Origin: Candidatus Magasanikiibacteriota bacterium
GTDB taxonomy: Bacteria > Patescibacteriota > Patescibacteriia > Magasanikbacterales > UBA922
Assembly: GCA_052034405.1 (NCBI GenBank)
Contig: JBPOIO010000001.1
Coordinates: forward strand, 67-64,066
DNA: 64,000 nt
Reading direction: 5' to 3'
Shown: piece after piece, positions 18,994-30,107 of the stretch
How the letters are laid out: the number at the start of each line of letters is the position of its first letter
Numbering within the stretch: position 1 is the stretch's first letter
Program-made: the position numbers and the translations under genes
Notes under the pieces: generated by a model
Databases searched by the model: none
What the model saw: only the letters and a program-made list of their open reading frames with translations
What the model was told of the DNA's origin: nothing

Positions 18994-19773
18994 TTAGACA
19001 GCAGATTGTGCTTCGTGACGTTCCAAAATTTCACGAGCAAGTCGCTCATAAGCACGAGCCCCTTTGCCATGTGGTTCGTATTGTAAAATGGTTTGACCAA
19101 AACTTGGTGCCTCTGCAAGACGAACCGTACGAGGAATAACCGCACGAAAAATATTATCTGGAAAATATTTGTAAATTTCACCCATAACATCTTCACTGAG
19201 TTTTGTACGTTTATCAAACATCGTAATCACAGCACCCAAAATTTCAAGTTCTGGCTTGAGGTGTTCTTTTACAAGACCAATGGTTTGGAGCAATTGTCCA
19301 AGTCCCTCAAGGGCATAGTATTCGGCCTGAACAGGAATCAATATTTCGTTTGCTGCGGCAAGACTATTAATAGTCAAAAGTCCAAGTGATGGAGGGCAAT
19401 CAATAATAATATAGTCATAGGCATGCTGCACCTCAGCAAGCAGGTCCATCAGCTGAAATTCACGTCTTTCGACGTCTACAAGCTCAATATTGGCTCCTGC
19501 AAGCTCCGCAGTTCCTGGAGCCAAACGAAGGCCTTCATGCCCGGTATTTTGAATAACATCATGGATACGTTTTTGACGGCTCAAAGCCTCGTACATACCA
19601 TGTTCAAGAGCACTACGCTCAAAACCAAGACCACTCGTGGCATTGCCCTGAGGATCCATATCTACAAGAAGTACAAACTTACCTAACTCCGAAAGATAGG
19701 CGGCCAAATTCATGGCAGTAGTGGTTTTGCCCACCCCGCCTTTTTGGTTAACGACTGCAATAATACGTGACAT
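18994..19773 (-). CDS. parA: ParA/Soj ATPase
   Basis: NQKGGVGKTTT, DMDPQGNAT, IIDCPPSLG. Confidence 0.96.
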   Translation of the reverse strand: MSRIIAVVNQKGGVGKTTTAMNLAAYLSELGKFVLLVDMDPQGNATSGLGFERSALEHGMYEALSRQKRIHDVIQNTGHEGLRLAPGTAELAGANIELVDVERREFQLMDLLAEVQHAYDYIIIDCPPSLGLLTINSLAAANEILIPVQAEYYALEGLGQLLQTIGLVKEHLKPELEILGAVITMFDKRTKLSEDVMGEIYKYFPDNIFRAVIPRTVRLAEAPSFGQTILQYEPHGKGARAYERLAREILERHEAQSAV

Positions 19774-19848
19774 ATTCTTTATTTTTACTCCATTATACAC
19801 CCAATTGACAAAGTTCACAATATGACGTATAATTGAGTCTGTAAATAA

Positions 19849-19932
19849 GCCCAGATGGCGGAATTGGTAGACGCACGGGACTCAAAATCCCGCGATCGCA
19901 AGGTCATGGGGGTTCGATTCCCCCTTTGGGCA
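19849..19932 (+). tRNA. tRNA-Leu(CAA)
   Basis: Cloverleaf with variable arm, loop CTCAAAA; promoter TTGACA-17-TATAAT at 19805-19833. Confidence 0.95.
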
Positions 19933-19977
19933 CCGATGAAAAACACTCTTTTTGCAGAGTGTTTTTTAATCTCAAAA

Positions 19978-21117
19978 TTATTTTGTAAGAGTCGAACTTG
20001 TCGTCGTACTCGGCACTTGTTCACTTGGCCAAGCAAAAGCAGAAAATACATCGTAGCTAATATCTCGAGCCTCTGAAAAACGAAGTTCATGGGCTTTGGC
20101 ACCAAGTATTACAACATCAATCACCTTTTCATCATCTCGTGCCAGTTGCATCGTAAAATTATATCCCGCAGCAGTAATATAACCTGTTTTACCTCCACGA
20201 AAATCTTTTATTTTATTTGGTACCCAGCCGAGCAAAAGCCAATTGGTACTCCAAAAATGCTGCAATTTTTTTTTGCCAACCGGAGCAATATTTATTTCTT
20301 TGAGCACAAGAGCTTCCTGAATTTTTGGATGACGAAGTGATTCGTCGAGTAAAATTGCAATATCTGATGCCGTTGAAATATTTTTTTCGCTCAGTCCCGT
20401 AGGTTCTACAAAACTTGAATCTTTCATACCAAGCTCAAGAGCTTTTTCATTCATACGAGCCACAAAGGCCTCACGTGTCATCCCTGTACTATCTGCAAGT
20501 GCAAGCATAGACTGATTGGAAGAAGCCACGAGTGCGGCCTTCCAAAGATCAGAAATAGTATATACCGCACCAGAAACTACATGAGAATCATCAATATCCT
20601 CATCCCCTTTTATCGTCGTCGTACTATTCCAATCAGGATTTGAATCCAAAACTACCAAAGCACTCATAAGCTTGCTAATACTCGCAAGTGGTCGTTTTTC
20701 ATATTCATTCTTTCGATACAAAACCTCAGCTGTTTTTACATCCTTTACAAAAACAGAAGCTGCTGTAAATTTTTCAGGTTCGGGTAAAATACCAGTCAAA
20801 TGTGGTACGGGAGGCGGAAGAATTACTTTCGGCGGAGGAGGTACTTCAACACCAATTTTAAAAGCATGTTTTTGAATAAGATTCACAATATTTTTTTGCA
20901 TCAAGGACTCAAAAGTAGCCCAAGCTTGATTTTTCTTTTCAAGATAAGACAAAGTAAAAGTAGCACTGAGCAAAAGTAAAAAAATAGCAACTCCATTACG
21001 CCAATAATTTGAAAAAAAATCCTTCTTTATACCAGGAGGAATAGTTTCTTTTTTATCCACAGAAAAAGATTGAAGTGGAGCTGCCACTGTTTTTTGTATT
21101 TCTGGTATTTCATCCAT
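19978..21117 (-). CDS. D-alanyl-D-alanine carboxypeptidase (peptidase S11)
   Basis: ASISK, SSN, KTG motifs; N-terminal TM. Confidence 0.9.
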   Translation of the reverse strand: MDEIPEIQKTVAAPLQSFSVDKKETIPPGIKKDFFSNYWRNGVAIFLLLLSATFTLSYLEKKNQAWATFESLMQKNIVNLIQKHAFKIGVEVPPPPKVILPPPVPHLTGILPEPEKFTAASVFVKDVKTAEVLYRKNEYEKRPLASISKLMSALVVLDSNPDWNSTTTIKGDEDIDDSHVVSGAVYTISDLWKAALVASSNQSMLALADSTGMTREAFVARMNEKALELGMKDSSFVEPTGLSEKNISTASDIAILLDESLRHPKIQEALVLKEINIAPVGKKKLQHFWSTNWLLLGWVPNKIKDFRGGKTGYITAAGYNFTMQLARDDEKVIDVVILGAKAHELRFSEARDISYDVFSAFAWPSEQVPSTTTSSTLTK

Positions 21118-21122
21118 AAAAG

Positions 21123-21671
21123 TTATATATCATGTATACTACTTTGAAGTGCATGATCCAAATATTCATGTGCATGCAAGGCTTCATATTCTGGCAAATC
21201 CCTTACGCTTTGTATACCCAGCACACGTAGTGCATCAAGAGAAAGAACATACGAAGGCATAAGATCGTCTACTCCTGAATTTTCTTCGAGAAGCCCTCGC
21301 ATCATAAGATTGCGTAAAATAAGTGCACAGTTCACACCACGAATCTGTTCAATCTCTGGACGAGTGAGTGGTCCACGATAGGCAATAACCGTCAGTGTTT
21401 CAAGTTGTGCACGAGTCAGTTCACTACTCATTTCTTTTTGAACAAATTTTTCTACGACAGCAGCAGCATCGGGATTACTTACCATCTGAAACATATCTTC
21501 TGTTTCCAAAATAAAAATCCCAGATTCAAGTGTATTATATTTTTCAATCAAAAAATTCAAAGAAGATCTTACTTCGTCGAGCGAGGCTCCTGTCGAAATA
21601 ACAAACTGTTTTATCGTCAAAGGTTTTGAAGCGACAAAGAGTATGGCTTCGATTTGAGATTGGAGATTCAT
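21123..21671 (-). CDS. scpB: SMC-Scp complex subunit ScpB
   Basis: IEAILFV, LETLTVIAYRGP.TR.EIEQIRGVN. Confidence 0.95.
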   Translation of the reverse strand: MNLQSQIEAILFVASKPLTIKQFVISTGASLDEVRSSLNFLIEKYNTLESGIFILETEDMFQMVSNPDAAAVVEKFVQKEMSSELTRAQLETLTVIAYRGPLTRPEIEQIRGVNCALILRNLMMRGLLEENSGVDDLMPSYVLSLDALRVLGIQSVRDLPEYEALHAHEYLDHALQSSIHDI

Positions 21672-21672
21672 A

Positions 21673-22362
21673 TTATATCTTTTGAATATTTATAGTATCA
21701 AAGTTGTTGCTCTGCTGCAAGGTCACAACATTTTGTTTTACGAGCTCCAAAATAGCCAAAAAAGTTATCAATACTTCTGTTCTATTTCCTTTTTCTTTCA
21801 AGCACTGATCAAAAGTCAATGCATGAAGTTTTTTAAAAAGTGTTTTGAATCGATCTATTGTTTCTCGAAGTGAAACTGCTTTATCAATACTCATTTCTGG
21901 AAGAGATTTTGGTGGACGAATTTTTTTTATCAAAGACCACATAGACTCGTGAAGACGTTCTGTCGTAACATTTTCTGGAACAACAAATTCTGTAGATTTT
22001 CGAGGTGATTCAATACGCGCATACGATACAAGTTCTGATACCCAAAGTTTTTGGATATGACGACTCGCCCGAACAAACATTTTATACAAGCGCAACTGAT
22101 CTGCAAGATTGGGCCCCTCTTCTTCGTCAGGCATAAGCTGTGGCAAAAGAAGTCTCGCTTTGAGCAAAAGCAAACGTGAGGCAACTACCAAAAAATCAGA
22201 AAGTTCTTCTGCTTTTCGCTCTTCAAGGCCATCCAAATATGCCAAATACTGCTCGGTAATATTTGAAAGAGAAAGTTCACTAATTGATAATTTTTCGTCA
22301 TCAATAAGAGTAATAAGAAGAGAAAAAGGTCCACTAAATTGATCAAGCGTTATTTCCGTCAT
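21673..22362 (-). CDS. scpA: kleisin ScpA
   Basis: FSGPFSLL, ITEQYLAY, LLLKARLLLP, TFLAILELVK. Confidence 0.93.
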   Translation of the reverse strand: MTEITLDQFSGPFSLLITLIDDEKLSISELSLSNITEQYLAYLDGLEERKAEELSDFLVVASRLLLLKARLLLPQLMPDEEEGPNLADQLRLYKMFVRASRHIQKLWVSELVSYARIESPRKSTEFVVPENVTTERLHESMWSLIKKIRPPKSLPEMSIDKAVSLRETIDRFKTLFKKLHALTFDQCLKEKGNRTEVLITFLAILELVKQNVVTLQQSNNFDTINIQKI

Positions 22363-22364
22363 AC

Positions 22365-23768
22365 CTATGCAACAAAGCGATGAATCTCAAGTGACTCAGA
22401 ACCTACAATCACGACCTCTTCAGAAGTAATATTGTTTTTCTCCAGTTGCACTTTTACTTCATTCAAAAATTCTTCTTGAGAATTTGTCTGTGACAAAATA
22501 GGAACGACTCCCCAACTCAAATTCAACTGATGCAAAGTTCTTTCGTCTCGTACCAACGCAAAAATAGGCAGTTCTGGACGAAAACTACTCATCATACGAA
22601 CTTCTTCTTCTGTGGCATTCCACAAAACAATAGCACTGGCTCCAATTTTTGCAGCAAGAAGTCGTGCCAATTCTTTCATCGTCTGTTTTGTATTTTTTCC
22701 TTCTGCTTCGTGAATTTCAAGTGGTAAGTTATCAAATTTTGATGATTCTGTTTCAAGCAAAATACGTGCCATAGTTTCAACAGTTTCAACAGGATATTGA
22801 CCAACCGCAGATTCATTGGAAAGCATCACTGCCGCAGTGTGATCAATCACCGCATTGGCAACGTCCGACACCTCAGCGCGAGTTGCACGTGGACTTTTTT
22901 CCATAGAGTCAAGCATTTGTGTTGCCACAATAACTGGTTTATTATATTCAATTCCAATCATGGTCAGAGTTTTTTGTACCATTGGTACCTGTTCACCAGG
23001 AATTTCAAGACCAAGATCCCCTCGTGCTACCATAATCGCATCGACCACTTCCATGATACTTTCAATGTTTTCTACCGCTTCACGACGTTCAATTTTGGCA
23101 ATAATTTTTATAGGTGGATTTTGTGAAATGTTTTTTGCTTTTGCTTCTTCGTCAAGAAGAGCACGCAAATCTATAATGTCCTGTGCATTTCGTACAAAAG
23201 AAAGTGCAATAAAATCTACTCCAAGAGAAAGTCCAAATCGTGCATCATCTTTGTCTTTATCACTCATGGCACGAACCGTAAGAGTAGAATCTGGAACATT
23301 AATTCCCTTATGTGATGTCAAAGTTCCACCTACTTTTATAAGAGTAGTGATTCGTGTTCCTTCAACAGCTACAATTTCTGTTTCCATTTTTCCGTCGTTG
23401 AGAAGAAGTCTCTCCCCTACTTTTAAATACTGATGCAGTTCATGATAATCTACAGGAATAGCTTCGCCTGCGTATTCAGATAATGCAGTATCAAAAACAA
23501 TCTGCGCTCCAGGACTAAGGACTACACCCGCCTCTGGCAGAACGCCAACACGAATTTTTGGCCCTTGTAAATCTTGCAAAATAGCAACTGGTTCTCCTGC
23601 TTGACGAGCAGCTTCACGAACATTGTTAAATAACTGCGTATGATTTTCATGACTTCCATGAGAAAAATTCAAGCGTGCTACATTCATACCAGCAGCAATC
23701 ATTTTTACCAGCACTTCAACACTGTCACAAGCCGGACCAATCGTACAAACAATTTTTGTTCTTTTCAT
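22365..23768 (-). CDS. pyk: pyruvate kinase
   Basis: TKIVCTIGP, RLNFSHG, DLQGPKIR, MVARGDLG, ATQMLDSM. Confidence 0.97.
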   Translation of the reverse strand: MKRTKIVCTIGPACDSVEVLVKMIAAGMNVARLNFSHGSHENHTQLFNNVREAARQAGEPVAILQDLQGPKIRVGVLPEAGVVLSPGAQIVFDTALSEYAGEAIPVDYHELHQYLKVGERLLLNDGKMETEIVAVEGTRITTLIKVGGTLTSHKGINVPDSTLTVRAMSDKDKDDARFGLSLGVDFIALSFVRNAQDIIDLRALLDEEAKAKNISQNPPIKIIAKIERREAVENIESIMEVVDAIMVARGDLGLEIPGEQVPMVQKTLTMIGIEYNKPVIVATQMLDSMEKSPRATRAEVSDVANAVIDHTAAVMLSNESAVGQYPVETVETMARILLETESSKFDNLPLEIHEAEGKNTKQTMKELARLLAAKIGASAIVLWNATEEEVRMMSSFRPELPIFALVRDERTLHQLNLSWGVVPILSQTNSQEEFLNEVKVQLEKNNITSEEVVIVGSESLEIHRFVA

Positions 23769-23798
23769 AAAATGTTTTAAATAATTATAGACTTAAGT

Positions 23799-23896
23799 AA
23801 AATTATTTTTTTATTCGCTTCGTAAGTTTGTTACTTGTCCGTATTTGCGGATAATACAAGTAAAAACTTAGCTCAGCTCCATAAAAATATAATTTT
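23799..23896. repeat. intergenic imperfect palindrome, copy 1 of dispersed repeat
   Basis: Core 23831-23866 matches reverse complement of 51901-51936 at 33/36 nt. Confidence 0.75.
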
Positions 23897-24348
23897 TACT
23901 TATTTTTAAGAGACTGAATTTCATTTTCAAAGGTCTTTACATCACTAAATGCTCGGTAGATAGACGCAAATCGAATATAAGCAACCGTATCAAATTTTTT
24001 CAAATGTTTCATTACAATTTCTCCAATATCATCACTTGTGACTTCACGTTTTTTCTTTTTTTGAATATCACGTTCAATCGCATGAATCAGTAAATCAAGT
24101 TTTTCTTGTGTATAAGGACGTTTTGTCAAAGATTGAACAATTCCTTTTGTCATCTTATTTCTCGAATACGCTTCTCGATCACCATTTTTTTTGACAACCA
24201 TAATATCGAGGAGTTCAATTTCCTCGATAGTAGAAAAACGATAACGACATTTTTCACACTCACGACGACGACGCACTGCCATTTGATCAGAGTTGAGGCG
24301 TGTATCGACTACTTTCGTTTCCTTAGATGGACACACCGGACAGTGCAT
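23896..24348 (-). CDS. nrdR: transcriptional repressor NrdR
   Basis: MHCPVC, VVDTR, RRRRECEKC, ATP cone, VAYIRFASIYR. Confidence 0.97.
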   Translation of the reverse strand: MHCPVCPSKETKVVDTRLNSDQMAVRRRRECEKCRYRFSTIEEIELLDIMVVKKNGDREAYSRNKMTKGIVQSLTKRPYTQEKLDLLIHAIERDIQKKKKREVTSDDIGEIVMKHLKKFDTVAYIRFASIYRAFSDVKTFENEIQSLKNK

Positions 24349-24374
24349 AGAAAAAACTTATTCGAAGAGGTGGA

Positions 24375-25679
24375 TTACATACCCATTTTACGACGTATAA
24401 AAGCTGGAATTTCGAGATCCTCACCATCATCAGTAGTATTTTTTGGAGGAAGTGGAGCCTGAACAGGTGGATTCACTTGAGCTGGCGCTCGAAAAGTATT
24501 TTCTTTTGGAAGAGACTTTGTACTAAAAACACTACTACGAGGTTCTTCAAGCTCTACTTCAACTTCCACTTCTACTTCTCGTACAGGCTCTCGAACAATT
24601 TCTCGTGGAGCTTGTTCACGATACATTTCAGAAGGTTTCTTTTTTACAAAAGTTGGAGCTGTTAATGTTGGTTTTGCTTTAAACATGCTCTGAACTTCTT
24701 CTTCACTCACACGAGTACGTCGTTCTATTTCTTCAAAACCAGTCGCAATTACGGTAATACGAAGTTCCTCACCAAGACTTTCATCAATAACCGTTCCAAA
24801 AATAACTTTCGCATTTTCATCAGCTGAACTCGTAATAATTTTGGCAGCCTCTGAGACTTCTTGCATTCCAAGACTTGCCCCACCTGTAATAGTAAAGAGA
24901 ATTCCTCTTGCCCCATCAATAGAAAGTTCAAGAAGTGGACTAGAAATTGCTGCGTTTGCTGCTTCAACCGCACGATTTTCACCTTTTCCAACACCGATTC
25001 CCATAAGGGCAGAACCAGTATCTTTCATGATCGTTTTAACGTCAGCAAAATCCACATTGATAAGCCCTGGAACCGTAATAAGTTCGGAAATTCCTTGAAC
25101 ACCCTGACGAAGAACATCATCTACAATTTTGAAGGCATCAAGAAGGGATGTTTTTTTATCAACAATTTGTAACACCTTATCATTTGGAATAGTAATAATA
25201 GTGTCTACTTGATCGGCCAATGCTTTGTAAGCATTGTCACCAATTTTTTTACGCTGTGCTCCTTCAAAAGAAAATGGTTTTGTTACAACAGCTACGGTCA
25301 AAGCACCCATATCATGAGCAATTTGAGCAATGACTGGACTTGCTCCAGAGCCAGTTCCACCACCAAGGCCACAGGTAATAAATACCATGTCAGCATCTTT
25401 CAAAAATTCACGAATTTCATTTTGAGATTCTTCGGCAGCACGTTTACCAATTTCTGGATCCATACCAGCACCAAGTCCTCGTGTAATGGTTTTTCCAATA
25501 TGCAATTTTCCCGAAGCACTATTGTGGTGCAAAGCTTGAACATCCGTGTTCATGACAATAAATTCCACACCTCGAATACCAGATCGAACCATACGATCAA
25601 CAGCAGATCCCCCTGATCCGCCAACACCAACAACTTTAATTTTTGCAAATGTTTCTACTTCAGGTTTTACTTGAGGCAT
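24375..25679 (-). CDS. ftsZ: cell division protein FtsZ
   Basis: [22 protein letters not shown]-terminal LEIPAFIRR. Confidence 0.98.
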   Translation of the reverse strand: MPQVKPEVETFAKIKVVGVGGSGGSAVDRMVRSGIRGVEFIVMNTDVQALHHNSASGKLHIGKTITRGLGAGMDPEIGKRAAEESQNEIREFLKDADMVFITCGLGGGTGSGASPVIAQIAHDMGALTVAVVTKPFSFEGAQRKKIGDNAYKALADQVDTIITIPNDKVLQIVDKKTSLLDAFKIVDDVLRQGVQGISELITVPGLINVDFADVKTIMKDTGSALMGIGVGKGENRAVEAANAAISSPLLELSIDGARGILFTITGGASLGMQEVSEAAKIITSSADENAKVIFGTVIDESLGEELRITVIATGFEEIERRTRVSEEEVQSMFKAKPTLTAPTFVKKKPSEMYREQAPREIVREPVREVEVEVEVELEEPRSSVFSTKSLPKENTFRAPAQVNPPVQAPLPPKNTTDDGEDLEIPAFIRRKMGM

Positions 25680-25854
25680 AGCATATATGTATAGTCTGAA
25701 CAAGAAAATTGTTCGGTATTTTAGCAATAGAATCTGTCTCTATAGTGTAGCGACTTTGACGTATACTGTCAAGAAAATCACAAAAATTTGTGTATAAGTT
25801 CGCTTATGAGAACAAAAAAACCTGCAAAAACAGGTTCTTTCTCTCGAAAAAAAA

Positions 25855-27120
25855 TCAAGGCACAAGAAATCGAAAAACTTTGCGTAAACTTTCAACTACT
25901 TTTTGAGATCCCCCTGCAAGTACCGAAGCATGCTTTGTCTCAGGATTTTCAAGCATCAAACTTCCCCATTTTACAAGACCAATAGAAGGTGCAAAAGCAA
26001 CATCATTGGCTTTTTCTGTAACAGTGCGAATATCAAGAGGAAATCCCAAACTTGCGTTCATACGAAGTTTTTGTTTGGTAAGATCCACAAGCCCTGCAAT
26101 TTTTGCCCCACCTCCACTAAAAATAACTCCCGCGGGCAAAAGACCACTTCGATCAATGGATACAAGTTCTTTATCAATACGCTCCAAAATTTCAGATACA
26201 CGAGCATTGATAATTTCGGTAATATAAAATAAAGAAACTTCTTCGTGAGCAACCCCACCAAAGTCAAAAAGATCTACAACGTCATGTTTATTCACGGCTT
26301 TGGTATTGCAAGAACCAACTTCAATTTTTATTTTTTCAGCAACATCAATAGATGTTTGAAGCCCAAGCGCAAGATCATTGGTAATATGATCAGCACCAAT
26401 TGGTAATACGGCAGTATGAATCACATTTCCACCCTCATATACCAATAATGTCGTGGTCGAACCACCAAAATCCACAATAAGAACACCAAGTTCTTTTTGG
26501 CGTGGGGTAAGTACAGCATCGGCAGTAGCCAAAACAGATAATACAACATCATCAATCGTTACACTGGTACGATATACGGCCTTGGTTACATTTTTGAGAT
26601 GACTCGTGAGTCCATACACTGCCTGAGCTTCTACTTCAAGACGGATTCCAGTCATACCAACTGGATCTTTGATACCAAGCTGTCCATCCACCGAAAAATG
26701 TCGTGGAACAAGATGAAGCATCTCATAGTTAAGTGGTGCTGCAATGGTTTTTGCTGCTTCAATAGCTCGAACGACATCTTCCTCCGAAATTTCACCATCT
26801 GGTTTTGCCACAGCAACCACTCCTCGAGTCTTTTGAGATAAAATATGCATTCCAGAAATACCAATCCAAACATTTGTTATAGGACTTCCAGTCAAACGTT
26901 CAATTTGTTCAAGCGCATTTGAAACCGAAGAAACAGCCTCTTCAATACTCACAATCACACCCTTTTGTACACCTTCCGAAGGAACTTCGGCCGTAGCAAT
27001 GATTTGTAGCTCTTTTTTGCCATCGGCACGCATTCCCATTTGTCCAACAGCAACACGAACAGCACTTGATCCAATATCAAGGCCAGTAATAAGATTTGAT
27101 TGAGATTTTGATCGTGCCAT
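25855..27120 (-). CDS. ftsA: cell division protein FtsA
   Basis: GLDIGSS, DPVGMTGIRLE, VDFGGSTT, SGGGAK; upstream of ftsZ. Confidence 0.96.
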   Translation of the reverse strand: MARSKSQSNLITGLDIGSSAVRVAVGQMGMRADGKKELQIIATAEVPSEGVQKGVIVSIEEAVSSVSNALEQIERLTGSPITNVWIGISGMHILSQKTRGVVAVAKPDGEISEEDVVRAIEAAKTIAAPLNYEMLHLVPRHFSVDGQLGIKDPVGMTGIRLEVEAQAVYGLTSHLKNVTKAVYRTSVTIDDVVLSVLATADAVLTPRQKELGVLIVDFGGSTTTLLVYEGGNVIHTAVLPIGADHITNDLALGLQTSIDVAEKIKIEVGSCNTKAVNKHDVVDLFDFGGVAHEEVSLFYITEIINARVSEILERIDKELVSIDRSGLLPAGVIFSGGGAKIAGLVDLTKQKLRMNASLGFPLDIRTVTEKANDVAFAPSIGLVKWGSLMLENPETKHASVLAGGSQKVVESLRKVFRFLVP

Positions 27121-27136
27121 AGATAAATGCAGTATA

Positions 27137-27520
27137 TCAAAAAAAGAGAAAATTTTCAACTTGAAGATTCTTTATATAAGGCCAAAAAATACAAATTCCT
27201 ATAATAATACTCAGAAGTGAGGCCAAAAGAACGGCTCCTGCCATAATATCTTTGACCATTTTTACCTGCTCTGACAATCGAGGTTTTACCACATCAGCGA
27301 CATGTTCAATCGCAGTATTGATACATTCCAAAATAAGAATCAAAATAATCACGCTTGCCAGAAAAAGAAAACTCGTACCAGATATATGCAAAAAAATCCC
27401 CAAAAGAACTGCCAAAAAACCACAAAATAACTGAATACGAAAATTTTGTTCAGACTTGAAAACAAGTGCAATCCCACGAAGGGCGTATCCAAAACTTTTT
27501 TGAAGTTGTTTTATATTCAT
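27137..27520 (-). CDS. dgkA: diacylglycerol/undecaprenol kinase
   Basis: SFGYALRGI, EQNFRIQ, ECINTAIE, KDIMAGAVL. Confidence 0.92.
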   Translation of the reverse strand: MNIKQLQKSFGYALRGIALVFKSEQNFRIQLFCGFLAVLLGIFLHISGTSFLFLASVIILILILECINTAIEHVADVVKPRLSEQVKMVKDIMAGAVLLASLLSIIIGICIFWPYIKNLQVENFLFF

Positions 27521-27942
27521 ACAATTTCAGCCAAAAACTTTTCTTGCAATCGAAACATTTTTTTTGCATCTTTTTCATTCATATGATCATATCCCAAAAG
27601 ATGCAAGATTCCATGAGTCATCATACGATAAAATTCAATCTTCCAAGGAATTTGATACTCTTTTGCCTGTCTTTTTACCTGTGGCAAACAAATAAAAACA
27701 TCTCCCCAATCATCGCTTGGCATAGCCATATCCCCTTCTTGTGAAGCAAAACTCAAAACATCGGTCGGCTTCTTTTTCCCCCGATATTGAAAATTAAGAT
27801 CCGTCATTTTTTTATCTCCAATAATATGAAGACTCACACTCGCTTTCTTTTTTTTCAAACCCTGCAGAATGTGACATACATTTTTTTCAAGTGTTTTTTT
27901 TGAAATTGGTATTTTGAGTTTACAATAAACAGTACATTCCAT
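27517..27942 (-). CDS. ybeY: rRNA maturation endoribonuclease YbeY
   Basis: YRGKKKPTDVLSF, HGILHLLGYDH. Confidence 0.95.
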   Translation of the reverse strand: MECTVYCKLKIPISKKTLEKNVCHILQGLKKKKASVSLHIIGDKKMTDLNFQYRGKKKPTDVLSFASQEGDMAMPSDDWGDVFICLPQVKRQAKEYQIPWKIEFYRMMTHGILHLLGYDHMNEKDAKKMFRLQEKFLAEIV

Positions 27943-27961
27943 AATAGCAGAAAGACAAAAA

Positions 27962-29176
27962 CTAAAGGGTTGAAGAGACAGTACTACTGTTCGTCGATAA
28001 AACATTACTCAAAGTACTTGTTAGGGTATTTGTACTTACTCCTGGTAAAATAATTTGGGCTGGAATTTCTATATTGGTTTTACCACTTCGAAAACTTTGC
28101 AACAATACATTCATAATATGAGGAAAGGCATTTTTTTCTTGTTCACCGTAAAAATAAACAACAGAATAAATGAATTTTGGAGTCTCAAAAAATCCTACTT
28201 GATTATCGCCACGTCTATATCCTGTTACTTGAAAACGATTTTGAAAAGATGAAAAAGCTGTAAAATTTTCTCCTGGCAAGTTACTGGCAAACCAACTTGC
28301 AAAAGACATTCCTTCGTCTTTTGGAAATACTCGAATTTCCATATAGTCTCCACTGTCGGCACTGAGCAAAACATCTTGCAAATCATTGGCTACAGGATCT
28401 ACTCTCCATGAAGATGGATAATAAAAACGATATTGATACGTAGGATTGATATACTCTTTCACCAACCCAGAATCAATAATTTTCTGAGGGGCAATCCCCT
28501 TTGGATTATACAAATTTGCTACTTCTTGACCATCATAATAACCATCTCGATCCGTATCATATACCTCTGGATCACTCAAAAAAATTTCTTCTTCTAAGTT
28601 TGTCAGAGTATCCGCATCTGAATCTTTGGAAGGTGCATAGGAAAGATGAGGAAGGATCAAAGATCCACCACCTCGAACAATTGGAGTTGAACTTGGAGTA
28701 CTACTCACAATTTCAATTGGAGCAGTGCTTGTCACAACAGGAAGTGTCACAATAGGCGAAGCTTGAAATGGCACAACACTTGTAAGCGTAGAAGGAGAAT
28801 TCGTATTTGTATCTTTCGGAGCCAAAACCATAAAATAAACCAGCGCCCCAATTCCCAAAAGGACCAACAAAGCAAGAAGGATAAAAATCATTTTTTTGGA
28901 CCCCGCAGCAGGTTTTTGCAAAGGCTTTTGCAGTGCTGCCTTTGGCGCTTGTACTCCTGGCTTTGGAGTAAGAGATGCACTTGGAGTAACAGCCGCAGCT
29001 TGTGGTGGTTTTGCTGCAAGAACTGGCTTTTTGACAAGAATAGATGCTGCTGTTTTTTCACTTTGATCTGGATAAATAACCGGATCAGAACCAGCATAAA
29101 AAGCACCCGGCATAGTTTCTATGCGAGCAGTAATAACAGGTGGCGGCGTTGTGTTATTTTCTTTTTTTCCAAACAT
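27962..29176 (-). CDS. single-pass membrane protein with TSP3-like Ca-binding repeats and PsbP-like domain
   Basis: TM; DSDADTL..LEE, DTDRDGYYDGQEV..LYNP; YQYRFYYPSSW. Confidence 0.8.
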   Translation of the reverse strand: MFGKKENNTTPPPVITARIETMPGAFYAGSDPVIYPDQSEKTAASILVKKPVLAAKPPQAAAVTPSASLTPKPGVQAPKAALQKPLQKPAAGSKKMIFILLALLVLLGIGALVYFMVLAPKDTNTNSPSTLTSVVPFQASPIVTLPVVTSTAPIEIVSSTPSSTPIVRGGGSLILPHLSYAPSKDSDADTLTNLEEEIFLSDPEVYDTDRDGYYDGQEVANLYNPKGIAPQKIIDSGLVKEYINPTYQYRFYYPSSWRVDPVANDLQDVLLSADSGDYMEIRVFPKDEGMSFASWFASNLPGENFTAFSSFQNRFQVTGYRRGDNQVGFFETPKFIYSVVYFYGEQEKNAFPHIMNVLLQSFRSGKTNIEIPAQIILPGVSTNTLTSTLSNVLSTNSSTVSSTL

Positions 29177-29178
29177 AC

Positions 29179-30081
29179 TTAGAGTTGAATTTGTCCAGGA
29201 ACTTGAAGTGTTGAAGTACTTGTAGATGTTGCTGACAAAACAGAACTTGTGGAAATTGGAGCTACACCAAAAGAAGACGCTGTACTCGTTGAGGAAGTGA
29301 CAATGGTAATCAAAACAGGTACTGTACTTGAAGAAATACTACTCATTTCAGTAAGACGACCCGAACCATTTGGATTATAACCAGATTTTATTTCAGCCCC
29401 ATCTTTATAAGTATCCCCATCTGTATCTGAATTTTTTGGATTTGTATGCCAAATTAAAATTTCTTCGCCATCAGATAAATCATCACTATCCGAATCCCAG
29501 TTATTTGGATCTATTCCCAGTTCTTTTTCTCGATCGTCTTTGAGACCGTCACCATCACTATCGGCTACTTCACCCACAATAATTTCACGATCCACAGCAT
29601 CCGAAGACGTAGGTACAGTATCAAGAGAAGTAGTACTACTCACCGATACAAGATCAGCAGAGTTATTAAGAGCCGGAGCTGTATCAAGTGGAATAATAGC
29701 TGTATCTGCTGGTTTTTTTGTAAACAAAGTATATACAAACCAAGCAGAACCGAGCAAAACACAGGCAATCACCAAAGTCATAATAGTGACCATAATACCA
29801 TGACTCAACTTTGGTTCTTTCAATGTATTTTCAGATCCCATAATAACCGGAGGAGTCTCAATATTATTCATGGGAGGAACATTTATAGGAGCCTTTGGAG
29901 TCAAAATTCCAGCAGTGAGAGCAGAAGATGAAGACGAAACAGGAGGAATAGCCGCCATACTAGCAGGAGCAGGAGCCAAAGGTTCTGCATTCTCTGTTCC
30001 CTCAAAAATATCCGGTGGTTCCCCAAGTGGAAGATTGGAAGGTACAGAAGCTTGTGGAATTGATGGATGATCGTCAAACAT
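29179..30081 (-). CDS. single-pass membrane protein with TSP3-like repeats
   Basis: DSDGDGL, DSDSDDLSDGEE, DTDGDTYKDGAEIKSGYNP. Confidence 0.82.
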   Translation of the reverse strand: MFDDHPSIPQASVPSNLPLGEPPDIFEGTENAEPLAPAPASMAAIPPVSSSSSALTAGILTPKAPINVPPMNNIETPPVIMGSENTLKEPKLSHGIMVTIMTLVIACVLLGSAWFVYTLFTKKPADTAIIPLDTAPALNNSADLVSVSSTTSLDTVPTSSDAVDREIIVGEVADSDGDGLKDDREKELGIDPNNWDSDSDDLSDGEEILIWHTNPKNSDTDGDTYKDGAEIKSGYNPNGSGRLTEMSSISSSTVPVLITIVTSSTSTASSFGVAPISTSSVLSATSTSTSTLQVPGQIQL

Positions 30082-30107
30082 ACGAAGATACACTAAAATT
30101 GAAAGAC

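Noticed and set aside
18093-21100. oriC or parS near parAB
   Set aside because: No parS palindrome seen; DnaA boxes are isolated (14495, 21053, 25789), not clustered
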